A stretch of DNA of 63,901 nt, filler included, from Olpidium bornovanus S191 (GCA_017911155.1; 31 parts of 31 records of this genome joined end to end with filler, not necessarily neighbours in it); one strand, 5' to 3'. Shown: positions 1-11,319, counted from the first letter of the whole stretch. Notes: generated by a model not told the origin, from the sequence alone. Program-made: numbers and translations.

Positions 1-17
1 CATGCCGCATTGCCTAC

Positions 18-1577
18 CGTTTAAAGCTGCTTCTAGGCTTTGCAGATAGGATTGATATTGAACGAGCAGCGACTGCTCAAATTTCCGAAGTTTCTTCACC
101 GCTTTAGATATCTGAGGATGCGTAGATTGGAAGGGTCGGCTAAAGAAGATCAGCTTGATACAACCAGCCGGCGAGGATGTCCGAACGTCCTCAGATAATA
201 TCCATACCGGCGCATCCGTCTCCTTTTGAGCGAATGAACGTATTCTGTAACTGTTTTGAACTGTACAATCAGTGTTCGTAACATTCAAAACACCTCGTCC
301 CAATCTCCTAGCTGCTCACCCTGGAATTATGTCTTTGTAGACACTAAGCTGGACCAGAAGGGCCAATTTCCTAACTGTGGGATTGTTGTCCTTCGCAATA
401 GCTCGTAGTTGGCTCAAACAATCCACCTAGAGGCGGACGCGGAAAAAGATATTCAGCTAATGAGAAATTCGCCACCGATGTTGATCGGGCTATCCCCGCG
501 ACTTACGTTAGCCTCTGGAATTTCAATTATTTTCCTCGCCACGGATGCCATTTCTTCTTTCATCTGAGCAATATGTAACTTTGGGCACACCGCCGCTGGT
601 GGGGCAGGTTTTCCCTCGGCGTGTTCGCTTTCCTCAGCCTCGGAGTCGCTAGGCCACCCTTCACCCAAATCCACCTCTGATTCAGAAGATTCTGTCCCCT
701 GCCGGGGCTGCTGGCGCGTTGACAGCGCAACGCGCCCGTCCGGTAGCTTGATTGGCAATTTGCTGTCATCTCCAACACACGAGGCAACAGGTGCTGTTCG
801 TCGCCTGGGCGCCTTTTCGTATTCTTCCTCCTCGTTTTCGCGGTCGCGCCTTGGCCGCTTCCGGCGGGGACAGATCTCCCCTTCGGAATCCAAAGCTTCC
901 TTCGCCGCGTTCTCTGGTGCGGCGTCCGCCACTGCTTCGCCAGCAGGCGCGCTCGCGTCGTCGCCAGGCAAGCCGTTCTCTCCGCTTCCGCGGTTGCCGC
1001 TCCCGTCTGTTTCCCATGCGTCCATGTCCTCTTCCGAGCACGAGGCGTCAAGCTCTGCCACGTCGCTTCCCGAGGAAAAATCGTCGTCGTCGGACTCCGA
1101 CAGCACGGCGGCCGGCGCTTCTTCGAGGGTCGACTTAGATTTACGCTTCGAAGGTACCGTGCCCTTGTGTGCCGTGCTCCTACGCGCGCGCACGAGAGAG
1201 AGGCCGCGTCGTCAGCCGCTAGCAGGCGGGCACTGGTAGCCACCGCCTTGCCGGTAAGGGGGCTCCCAGGTGTCCGGAACTTACTTAACGAGGTCGTGGA
1301 CGTTTATGGACAGCAGGCCGTCCAAGTAGCCGCCGTACTCGCCCAGCACGTCCAGGTCCTCGTCCTTCACGGTGACGCCCTCTTCTGGGTCGAACGCGCC
1401 GGGAGGGAGTTCCGCACGGGGCGTTCGCTTACCGCGCTTCTCATCCTTCTTCACCTTCTGCTGGCGGGCAGCCGCTGCGGCAGGCTTCCCGGCGCCACGG
1501 CCTGGCTCTCGCGCAGCTCCCGGCGACCTCACGGAGACCTTCTTCGCCGCGGCGACCGCTTTCCTATGCCCTCCCAT
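18..1577 (-). CDS. NOC3: Nucleolar complex protein 3 (Noc3), 5' part, 5 exons, 3' truncated
   Basis: GT-AG spliced exons 1577-1285, 1179-507, 426-320, 250-208, 111-18. They give EEEYEKAPR, KLPIKLPDGRV, KEEMASVARKIIEIPEAN, KLALLVQLSVYKDIIPG|YRIR and ISKAVKKLRKFEQSLLVQYQSYLQSLE, the ordered motifs of the Noc3 N-terminal domain. Confidence 0.93.
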
Positions 1578-2054
1578 GCTGGCGGGACAGGGTTGGGGAA
1601 GAGGTTGAGCAACGAAACGGTGCGCGGGGTTTTTTTTTTTTTTTTTTTTTTTTCCGTCCGCGGCAGCCGTTTTGTTTCCTCTCGTCGGCGGCAGCAGCCT
1701 CCCGGCCACCCCCTGGCCCTCCGAAGCCTTTCGCCCGCCGCCCACCGCCCCCACCCCCCGACGCCCCTCTGCGGAGGACAACGTCTCGCACGCAGGTAAT
1801 CGCCTCGCGAAGAGTAGAAGAAACCCCCCGACGCTTGTCTCCTTTTCGTTGACCCTCGGCAGCATTCAGCTCCCGACATTTCCTGGACGCGGTGCCTCGC
1901 CGGAGCCCCAAACTATGGCGCGCCTCTGAAAACCATGGGAAAACAAACCCGACAGAAAACTTACTGCGGCCCGAGGATTCGGCGGTGAATGAAGTATATA
2001 GACGGCCATTAGCGGACCGGAGGAGGAGCAATATCGCAACGACGTTATCCTTCC

Positions 2055-2154
2055 NNNNNNNNNNNNNNNNNNNNNNNNNNNNNNNNNNNNNNNNNNNNTT
2101 AATTAATTAANNNNNNNNNNNNNNNNNNNNNNNNNNNNNNNNNNNNNNNNNNNN
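2055..2154. other. Artificial contig-joining spacer (first of 30)
   Basis: N44-TTAATTAATTAA-N44. The same spacer recurs near 4469, 7004, 9083, 11573, 14370, 16127, 17327, 20655, 22102, 24269, 26490, 27746, 29200, 31146, 33334, 37256, 38991, 41817, 43117, 44585, 48528, 49939, 51566, 53312, 55762, 57337, 59649, 61424 and 62746. The palindromic 12-mer puts stops in all frames. Confidence 0.99.
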
Positions 2155-3899
2155 CTTCAGCGACGACTATGCGCGCCTCGTCATGGCTGTTGGTATTCCA
2201 TACCCGAACGTGAAAGACATCGTCATGAAGCTCAAACGTGAGTACAATGACATGCGCTTCTCTCGGGCGCGCGCAGCCGCCAACCCGGTTCCGAGGGGTT
2301 TCGACAGATCGGGCCAGGCGAAATCGCTGGCCATGCTCTCTGGAAACCAGTGGTATGAGATACAGGCGTTCCGAGCCATAAACCAGGCCCTCGGCCGCTG
2401 TATCCGGCATCGGAACGACTGGGTAAGCTTCTCGTTTTTTAATTCTTCGGCGGCTGTGTTGTACTCAAAAACAGCAGAGCTTGAAACCGCCCACTTTTTT
2501 CGGCAGTCAAGCACCAAACCCCCTTGCGTCCTCTCGCGAAGTTCCCTGACCAACCATTTTACGGTTATAGGGCGCAATCGTCCTTCTTGACCATCGCTTT
2601 CTTCACCCGAAGAACATCAGCGGGCTCTCGAAGTGGGTTCGGCCTCTTTTCCGAAAGTTCGACCGCGGTTCATTTGCGTCTGCAAAGGACAGTATCGGCG
2701 AATTTTCCCGGCGGATGATGGCGGCTGGCGGCGAGGACACGAAACCAAAAGGAGCCGGCTGTGACGGCACAGCCAAGCCGGTTGATGCGATGAACACCCC
2801 GAGCGTCAAACGGGTCGCAGTGTACGCGGACACTCCCGCAACGGCGTTTTCCCGGCCGGCAGGGCGCCCGGATGCTACTGGGAACGCGGAAGGAGGTGGT
2901 GATGATAGTGATCAGGGGGCCCTTTCGGAGGTGAGTACGCTCGACGAGGAAGCGTGGCCGCCGACGCAGCGGGTGGGGTCGACCGTGGCTGACGACGACG
3001 GAGATGGAGACGACTCGGACCCGCCCGCCGAAAACCAATCACCTGCCGACAATTTAGAGTCGACGGGGCCGCATGCACTCGTTTCGCCACCAAACAGGAC
3101 GGAGTTTCCCGACTGGTCAAAGTGCAGTCCGTCTGTTTCAAGACCTCCAATAACGCCGCGGCCGGAAGCAAGCGTAATTGCGGCAACGGCAACGACGTTT
3201 TCGCCGGTTCCGGTCGATACACGTCCGGCGCCGACCATGGGCCAGGGACCACCGCCAATGCCGCCGCAGCTCTCGCTCCTTGGAGAACCGCTTTTTCCGA
3301 CGGGGGCAACGTCCGCAAGCGTGAACCGAGCAGCAGCAGCAGCAGCAGGGGCGTTCGCGCAGGTTCCGGTCGGAACGTGTCCGGCGCCGACTACAGATCC
3401 GCGACCACCGCCGATGCCGCGGCCATCGCTCCAGGGAAAACCCCTTTTTCCGGCGACGGGAAACTCCGCCCTGTTCGCCACGTGTTGTCATTGTAAAGCT
3501 CCCCTCCCGGGCACAGTTGCCGAACTCGTACCGGCTGCTGACGTAAAGGAGCATTACCCGCGAAGCGCAGTATCGCAAATCCTGGCTTCCGCAAGTCTGC
3601 CGGCGCAGCCTGTCGTGCCGTCGCCGCCACGCCTCTCACCACGGGAGCGTGTCATCGCTGTTGTCCGCAGGCCGGCGCGCGGGCAGAGTCATGCCGGCGA
3701 AGGATCCCCCGGCGGCCCTGCCTCGACCCGAGAAGCCGTCTTCTGCTCCGTCGACGGGTTGTGCTACGAAGACTTCCGGTGCCCCGTCTGCAAGGAGATC
3801 ATCGGCGTTCGAGCTCTGGCCGCGGCGGAGTCGAGCGGCGCTGAGGCGGTCGGTAACGCGTGGATAGTCGTCGACCGCAACCGATCCAATCCGCGATGA
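2155..3899 (+). CDS. BRIP1: FANCJ/BRIP1-like XPD-family helicase, C-terminal part
   Basis: Exon 2155-2422 reads [19 protein letters not shown]...KREYND...[24 protein letters not shown]. After intron 2423-2570 it reads [10 protein letters not shown]...ISGLSKWVR, closely matching FANCJ helicase motifs V-VI. The frame continues as a long C-terminal extension to the stop at 3899. Confidence 0.92.
3206..3470 (+). repeat. In-frame internal duplication (period about 156 nt) in the FANCJ tail
   Basis: [36 protein letters not shown] versus [35 protein letters not shown]; the similarity is also visible at DNA level. Confidence 0.85.
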
Positions 3900-4375
3900 A
3901 CGACCGGATCCCACGCGGACACGGGCCAAATGCATCATGAACCGCCCCGCGATTGGGCCAATGTGTCCGTGAGCACCAGGGGGCACAAATGAGTTTCGTC
4001 CCGTGTGTCACGTGTGTGTATATATTTTATATATGCTGTCTGACGGAAAGGAAATAAAAAGTGCAGACGGTGACCTCCGCATCCTCATCCTTGCGCAGGC
4101 GACGGCGAGTTCTGACAAACTTTTGTCGGAGCGGAAAGCTCTGAGGCGGTCTGCGAGGCGGCTTGTCCCATCCTTGTGGGTGCGTTTGGATTTCCGGGAT
4201 CACGCCTTAACGGCACGCTTTCTCGCGGCCGTCGACGGGGTTGGACCAACGGAGCCGGACTTTTTTCCCGGAATTCTCCTGTCCGCCGAGTCGTTTTACC
4301 GCCATCACGCTGGTGAATTTTCTTTTTTTTTTTTTTTTTTTTTTTTTTCTTTCCCGGGGGGGGGGGGGGGGGGGG

Positions 4376-4422
<47 letters not shown>

Positions 4423-4423
4423 T

Positions 4424-4459
<36 letters not shown>

Positions 4460-4766
4460 CCCCCCCTANNNNNNNNNNNNNNNNNNNNNNNNNNNNNNNN
4501 NNNNNNNNNNNNTTAATTAATTAANNNNNNNNNNNNNNNNNNNNNNNNNNNNNNNNNNNNNNNNNNNNCATGGTTGTCCCCGCCGCCGCCGTCACGGCGC
4601 AGAAGACAAGGAGATGCGACGCCGGGTCCTCCGCTGAGCCTGCTGCACCTACGCCTCCGCCGGCGCCAAAACCGACGGGCCCACCGCCAGAACTGTAGCA
4701 CGTACTGCGAAACGCTCCTGCTACTTCCAAAGCCGCTACCGTTACCACCGCCGGAGAAGCCTTGGA

Positions 4767-5471
4767 ATGCCCACCGGCGCCGAAGGACCGTGGTCACGTT
4801 CTCACTCCACGAAGAAACGCGCTTTGCTAAAGCTTTTGCGTCCGCGGTCAGCGGCCTCGTGGGCTGTCCGTTCCTGTGTGGATGACGTTCCCGGGGAGGT
4901 TGACGATGACAATGATGATGGTGCCGCAGTTGACGGCGTGAATTTACGCAAGCAGACTAACTGCTCTCCGCTTTCTTGTTCGCGCCGCGCGTCTCTCTCT
5001 CGTCCTCGTTTCTTTTCTCGTCCTCGTTCTCTCTCGCGTCCTTGTTCTCCCCATCCATCTGCGATTGTGACAGATGACGAAGACGACAACAAGGTGTTCT
5101 CCATTTCCGCCCAGCCGCAGCGCGCCGGCCTCGCCGCATCTGCTGCTGCTGCCCGAGAGCCGGGCAAACTTTCGCCCACTTTGGTGCCGGAGAAGACGTG
5201 TGTGCTGCGCGCGGAGGCCATAGTCGCGCGGCCGGAGGCAGACCAAATTGAAGAGAAATTGAAAGGACTGGACGCCGTCCTCCCGCCCGCCGAGAGGCTG
5301 CAGGGGCCACCGACTGCCTTCGGGCGTATGAGCTACGCCTGGCGGCGATCTAGCGACAGTTGGCGAGCTTCGACAACGAACAAGGTACACTTCTCCGGTG
5401 TGGAGAGCAACCAACGTGCAGAAAGACGGAACTGGACGCCATGGCATCTTCTCCGCCGTTTCTCGCTCTAA
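4767..5471 (+). CDS. Hypothetical low-complexity protein (probably spliced)
   Basis: 234-aa ORF with acidic patches and a possible intron around 4938-5073, followed by an AT-rich tract. No recognisable domain. Confidence 0.3.
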   Translation: MPTGAEGPWSRSHSTKKRALLKLLRPRSAASWAVRSCVDDVPGEVDDDNDDGAAVDGVNLRKQTNCSPLSCSRRASLSRPRFFSRPRSLSRPCSPHPSAIVTDDEDDNKVFSISAQPQRAGLAASAAAAREPGKLSPTLVPEKTCVLRAEAIVARPEADQIEEKLKGLDAVLPPAERLQGPPTAFGRMSYAWRRSSDSWRASTTNKVHFSGVESNQRAERRNWTPWHLLRRFSL

Positions 5472-5514
5472 CATTCATCCCGCCACTTTCTGGAGGAGGG
5501 GGCAGGGTCCTTTT

Positions 5515-5725
5515 TATTTTCAGATCTGAATAAACTTCAAAAACTGAAAGTGAAAATGAATTGGTTTATAATAAAAATTTATGCTATAAATTAATGCAAA
5601 TCTATTTGATAATGTGAAATATTCCAAGGTAAACATGTAATAGACCATAAAAGGTAAAGTGGCGTGATAAAAAATGTGATAAGCTTCAATAACTAAAAAT
5701 GGGATAAGCTTCCTGGGTAAAAATA
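5515..5725. other. AT-rich island
   Basis: About 24% GC counted over 5521-5700 (44/180), complex rather than homopolymeric sequence, in a GC-rich background. Confidence 0.85.
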
Positions 5726-5756
5726 TTCATCTCCCCATACCGGCCCCTGCCCTCTC

Positions 5757-6040
5757 CCGACTCTATGCCTTCTGCCGTGTCGATGCCTTAACCGAGCACG
5801 TGCACCATGCCGGCTGGACATCGCTTCCCTTCTCCGTGCCCTGTGCCGGGTCGATGCCCTTTACCGAGCATGTGCATCATGCCGGCTCAACGATGTTCCC
5901 CGACTCCGTGCCATGTGCTGGGTCGATGCCCCCTACCGAGCGTGCGCATTATGCCTGCTTGACGTCAACGTCTTTCCATCTGGTACAGCACGATGCTGTC
6001 GGTCGATGACCCACCGAGCACGTGCATTATGCCGGCTCGA
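5757..6040 (+). repeat. Degenerate minisatellite of about 72 bp, 4 copies
   Basis: Core GTCGATGNC...ACCGAGCAYGTGCAYYATGCCGGCT starts at 5779, 5850, 5922 and 6002. The intervening segments also resemble each other (ctccgtgcc.tgtgc.gg). Confidence 0.9.
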
Positions 6041-6379
6041 CGCCCGACGTGGTGCTGCACGAGACTGCCGGTCGAGGTCAGGTTGCCAAGTCGTTGCCAC
6101 CCGTGAGCTGACCGGCCCCTCCTCAGTTCCCTCCAGAAACAGTTGTGTGCCAGTCAGTTTTGGCAGGGAAGCGACGATCCGGCAAATGGAGTAAGGGAAA
6201 GGACATGCGGTCCCTTGTCTCCTCGTTCTTCAAGGAATGCGCGTTGAATGATATTGTTGGTTCCATTATGCAAAACTAGTTGGAATCACGATTCCCGGCA
6301 AGAGTTTTGGTATGCTGTGTATGCCGACCCTGTCACAGGGAAACAGTTTGATCCACACGCTCCAGACTTGCTGTCCCGC

Positions 6380-6550
6380 ATTACCTCTGTTGTGCTGTAA
6401 GCCTTGGGAGATACGATGACAGGAGACGCTGGAATGACATATCTCAGGGAATTGCATGCCGCCAACAGGAACTGTTTTGAACGACAAATCGACGAATACA
6501 TCGGGAACCACCGCCGGTTGTCTTTCCAATGTACGTCAGCTCAAGGATCT
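6380..6550 (-). mobile_element. Possible decayed hAT-like transposase fragment
   Basis: Minus-strand DP*ADVHWKDNRRWFP...YVIPASPVIVSPKAYS weakly resembles the hAT dimerisation motif (DPL.WWK...FP.L...IPASS...ER.FS). In-frame stop and lower GC than nearby genes; similarity judged by eye only. Confidence 0.25.
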
Positions 6551-7199
6551 CGTCGAAATAGAAAGAGGCGAACTCTTGGCATTTCTGCATTAAGACTATG
6601 GCGGTTAGCCTTGACCCCGATTGTTGTAGCCGACTTTGACGTGGACAAGGAGTGCATTTCACCAAAGCGCGTCTCCGTTTTTCTCGTTACGTCAATTACC
6701 TCGCTGCGAAGGGTGATCCTATCTGATGGGTGCCTGGATCGCGGGTGTCAACAGTTGGACAAAAAGCCCTTTCAAGCAAAGGTGGATTACTGTAGAGTCT
6801 TACATGTCAGCCGCGTGCCCAGTTATTCCCAACTTGCGGCCTGCTGTTACGCAGTGGCAAACCAGAGACCGCTTGTTGCTGCCATGCGCAAAGCATAGCT
6901 GTTGATTCTGGAAAAGCTCTGCCGTGAAGAACACGACAAGGTTTTTTGACTATTATGGCAAAGAGCTCTCAAAGGCTCTCGATTATCAGACTTACGGGCT
7001 AGGNNNNNNNNNNNNNNNNNNNNNNNNNNNNNNNNNNNNNNNNNNNNTTAATTAATTAANNNNNNNNNNNNNNNNNNNNNNNNNNNNNNNNNNNNNNNNN
7101 NNNGCGTAAACAAAGGCGTAGAGAAGAAGCCGTCCGTAGCATAATTGGCTCTCTCGGCTCTCTCGCCCTATCTCTCTCTCTCTCTCGGGCCGTGATGAT

Positions 7200-8319
7200 G
7201 ACAATGCCGTCCATCCACCCCATGGGCTTGCGGCCGCCCAGGAGCGCGTTCTTTTTCCTGGAGGCGGCGGCGGCCTGCGTCGGGTCGTGCGTCGCCGGGA
7301 TCGGCGACCACTCGCCGTTCGCGGCCATTTTCTTCTTCTTCTTCTCCTCGGCCCCGGCAGAGAGGTTCGACACCAGGCCCGAATTGTCGGCGGCCCTCTT
7401 TTCGCTGATGTTCCTCGCGCTTTCTGGGGCGGACCGAAAACCGGGGCGGGTCAGCATCCGTCCTGGTTTCGTGAAACGCGCGAAGTCTGGCCCGCGGAAA
7501 GAAAAGAGATGTTTTTTTTCCTTTATAGAAAAAAAAAACCCCCCACGCCAGTTCGGCAGCACCTATCAGCTTCTGCGTGTCCGCGAGGCTCTTGTCAAAC
7601 CGTCCGACGTGACTTTCCCATCCTTCCGAACCGTGTTCCTGCAGCCGAAGAGCCCTGACGCCCTTGCTCTGGGAGGCGTAGGCGGCCTCCGTGGTCTGCT
7701 CGTTCAGGAACCTCAGCAGCTCGGCCAGGCGGTTGTTTTGCTTGTCCGCCTCCTCGGAGATGGAGATCTGGAACGTGGCCGGGATGTTTTCGGAGCCGGG
7801 CAGGCCGGAGTGGATCGCCCACAGCCGCAGGCGGCGCAGAATGTCGTCTGTCTCGTCGAACATGTGCCCGACCGCCTTTTCGAGGTCGCTGCCGCGAAGC
7901 AGCTTGTCCTTCTCCTCGCCGCCGCCGGCCTTTTTCGTCCCCTTGCGGGTCCCCTTTGGGCTCTTCGCGGCTCCCCGGGGCGCGGCCGCCTGCCCGGCCT
8001 CCTCCGCCCCGGAAACGTTGACGCTCCCGTCGACCGACACCGTGTCCGCGTCCGAGATTTTGATGGCCGGGACGCTGGGCAGCCGCAGCGGCCGGGGCGC
8101 GGCCGACGACGGGAGAGGCGGAGGCGGCGGCGGCGGCGCTGCGGCGACGGCGAGCCGCTCGGCGGACTTGGCGAGCCTGCTCACCGACCTGGAGCGGTTG
8201 CTGTTCGAGGCGACTTCCGAAGCGCACGACTTCTCCGCAAGCTCCGCGGACGAGGAGAGCTCGTCAGCGACGTCTTCTATCAGAGCGGGAAGGCTGGTCG
8301 GGCGCATCGCCCCAGCCAT
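7200..8319 (-). CDS. Hypothetical protein, N-terminal part (spliced, 3' truncated)
   Basis: ATG at 8319 after an A-rich leader opens a long GC3-rich frame (MAGAMRPTSLPALIEDVADELS...LRRLRLWAIHSGLPGSENIPATFQISI). A probable second exon lies in another frame at about 7190-7500. No domain recognised. Confidence 0.5.
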
Positions 8320-9020
8320 TTTTTTTTTTTTTCGTTCTGCTTTGTTTTGCTTTGGTTCCGACGGGGCTCTCTCCTTGTCTGCGCTGCACAACGTGCGACA
8401 GGGCGACCGCTCTCCGTTGGCTGGCGCTCGGGCTGGGCACCACAGTTGTTGCCGCCAGAACGTAACGCGTCAGCGGCGGCGGAGCGGCCGGCGCTTCGTT
8501 GTCATTGGTGGGGCCGCCCGCAGCTCGCACCAATAGGGGCGCGCGAGAAAAAAAACAGAACGATGCCCGCCCGCCCCTCCCGCCCCCTCCCCCCCTTCCC
8601 CCCCATCCACGCGCACGCGCACGACCGAGAGCTTCCCGGGGCAATGACAAACGAGCGCCACGGTGGGAGTTAGTTGCCTTGAGGTGGACGCGAGCAGAAG
8701 CCAAAGGGACTGCCGTAGCCGCATGAAGTATAGCATTCGTATTCTGGGGTTTAATGTCACGTTCTCGCGCTCCCCAAAACCACAAGACACAAAGAAACGC
8801 TCGGGCCCCGTGGGTGTTGTCCTCGTCGGAAATCACCGGACGGCAGGACGGCACAGCCGCCCGCTTTCCTCTACCGCCTCCCCAGACGGCGGGGGGCCCC
8901 TTCCGTTCCTCCGCCGGAGCGGGCCCCTTTTTCTCCCTGGTTCTGGCGCGCAGCAGGTGCGTTTGCGAAATCGGCTGCCGTCAACAACGCTGACAACGTC
9001 TTCCTAATCAGGGTTCCCCC

Positions 9021-9082
9021 CCCCCCCCTTCCCCCCCATCCACGCGCACGCGCACGACCGAGAGCTTCCCGGGGCAATGACA
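9021..9082. repeat. Contig-end copy of internal sequence 8588-8649
   Basis: About 62 nt identical to 8588-8649, following a poly-C run and ending exactly at the spacer. Confidence 0.9.
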
Positions 9083-9221
9083 NNNNNNNNNNNNNNNNNN
9101 NNNNNNNNNNNNNNNNNNNNNNNNNNTTAATTAATTAANNNNNNNNNNNNNNNNNNNNNNNNNNNNNNNNNNNNNNNNNNNNCCGCCGCGGACATCCCCC
9201 CATCCCTTTCCCTCCGCGCAG

Positions 9222-10655
9222 ATTAACAAGCAGATCGCCCGCGCCGGCGGCTGCTACAGTCGCGTCGAATTTGCGAAGGAACCGAAACCCACGACGTGCA
9301 TGGGCGCGGACCACCGCGTTTGCCAATCCGCAATCATTCAAAAGGTAAAAAAAAGGATAAAAAAAAATCCGGCTCCCGGATCAGAAGCCAACGCCCCGCG
9401 ATAAAAAAAAGCGTCGAATTTTTTTTTGCGCCTTGAGCTCGACAAAGATTTCGACCCCCGGGTCTTTTTTTTCTTCTCTTTTTTTTTTTGCGGCGCAAAG
9501 ATTGCCGCGCAGATCCCGCTGCCTGAAGGCGATGACGGTTTAGAAGAAGAAAATTATACCGTAGACGAGTTCGTGGACAAGGACCGTCGCGAGTGCGGAA
9601 AGGCAAGGGATCATGCGCCCCCCTCCGCCCACTTCACCCCCTCCCGCTCCCCATCTCTCGCCTATCCGGGCGGCATTCCGTTAAGACTCTCGGTGCTCGT
9701 GTCCGCACTTACCCCCTCCCACTTCTGACCCCAACGCGGTTTTTCACAGGACGACGGCGAGCCGCCCCGCAACGACAAAGGCGAATGCGAATCATCCGGA
9801 GGTGAGAGCAATGAGATCAGAGGACTCACGGTGGCAGACAACAAGACCGAAGCCGGGCCGCAGGATGAGAACGCGGCTGCTGTCGCGGAAGGTCAGCTCT
9901 GCGCGGAGCCCGCCGGCGAGAGGTGCGAAGCGGTGAAGACGAAGGCCGAGGAAGAGCTAGACAAGCTCTTCGAAGCCCGCGCGGCCAAGTGCATCTGCCT
10001 CGCCTGCGGCGGCGACGAGGTCGCGCCGCCCGCCGGGTACGACTCCTGGAAGGAGTGGAGCGACGACGAGCAGCCCGAGTGCATCTGCCTGGTGTGCTGC
10101 CCAAAGGAGATCCCCGTCCCGGCGGGGTACGGGTCCTGGGCGGAGTGGAGCGCCTACGAGACGGACTGCTGGTGCATCTTCTGCGGCCCGTGGAAGCCGC
10201 CGCACAAGCCCCTGCTGACCCCCGAGGAGGGAGCCGAAGTTGCCAAGGAGATTCTGAACGCTAGGAGGCCTTACCTGGAGGCCCGGCGGAAGGAGCGGCG
10301 GAAGTTTGCGAAAGAATTCATTGCGAACTACAAGGCCCACCGCGCGGAGTACAAGCACCTGCGGGCCAAAACCTTCTTCCGCAGGATCGTCGGCCTCGAG
10401 CCGAAACTCCACTGGCAGCCGTGCCTGTGCCACCGCATCGAGTACAGTTGGAATCGGTGGAAGCTTCGCCAGAAAGAGAAGCAGAGGAAAGAGGAAGAGG
10501 AACGGAGGAGAGTGAAACAGCTGGAGAAAGAGGAGCGGGGAAGGGAAAAGCGATTCCAGGAAGACGAACGAAAGAGGGAGAAAAACAAGCAGAAGTGGGT
10601 GAAACGATTCCAGAAAGAGGAACGCATGATGGAGAAACAACGGCTGAGGGGGTGA
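9222..10655 (+). CDS. Hypothetical multi-exon protein with tandem CxCxxC-PAGYxSWxEWS repeats and a charged coiled-coil C-terminus (5' truncated)
   Basis: Exon 9222-9344 (INKQIARAGG...IIQK, GTAAAA donor), an exon at about 9501-9602, and terminal exon 9750-10655 (CTGAC branch site plus CAG acceptor). The last exon has strong C/G-ending codon bias. Repeats start at 9990, 10080 and 10167. Confidence 0.75.
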
Positions 10656-11203
10656 AAAGAAATCCCCCAAAACAACAAACGCCCGGGTTCGATGCCCCGA
10701 CCACATGTTATGTCGGAAGTTGACTGCGAAAAGTTAGGCCAAAAAAGGCCCCCATCCCTCCCCCCCTCTAATAATAGATTTGAGGACAACCCTATTGTCG
10801 AGCTTTCTTTGTCCAGTATCTGCTAGAAATATCATAAAAACGAAGTCGTTTCGGCAAGTGTGGGAGTTCGGGTGTTGTGCATGGGAAAGCCAAAAAAAAC
10901 AAGTCAAAAAACCAAAAACCAAAAAAAAAAAAAAAAAAAAAAAAGAAAAAAAAATCCGTGCGCGCCGGGGATTACCCCAAACCGCCCCGGACCTTTTCGC
11001 CTCGACGCCGATACACCGCAGCGGAGCCGGGGCCTGCCGAAAAACCTTTACCGTCTGCGTTCGGGAACGGGGAGGGGAAGGGGAAAGGGGCCTGGACAAA
11101 CGGGCGGAAAAAAAGCGTGTCAAGTGAGGAATTGATATAGAACTGCTGTGGTGGATGGGGCTTGTGTATGTGATCTACGGGTGTGCTCCCCCTCTCCGTT
11201 TCT

Positions 11204-11251
11204 CTATCTCTCTCTCTCTTTCTATCTCTCTCTCTCTCTTCTTTCTCTCTC

Positions 11252-11319
<68 letters not shown>

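Noticed and set aside
2099-2110. TTAATTAATTAA as piggyBac TTAA target sites or a conserved regulatory motif
   Set aside because: It is always centred in N44 pads, so it is a synthetic linker. ORFs ending in X...LIN are artefacts of it.
5779-6040. CRISPR array (37-bp repeats with 34-43 bp spacers)
   Set aside because: Repeats are degenerate, the spacers are homologous to each other, there are no cas genes and the context is eukaryotic. It is a minisatellite.
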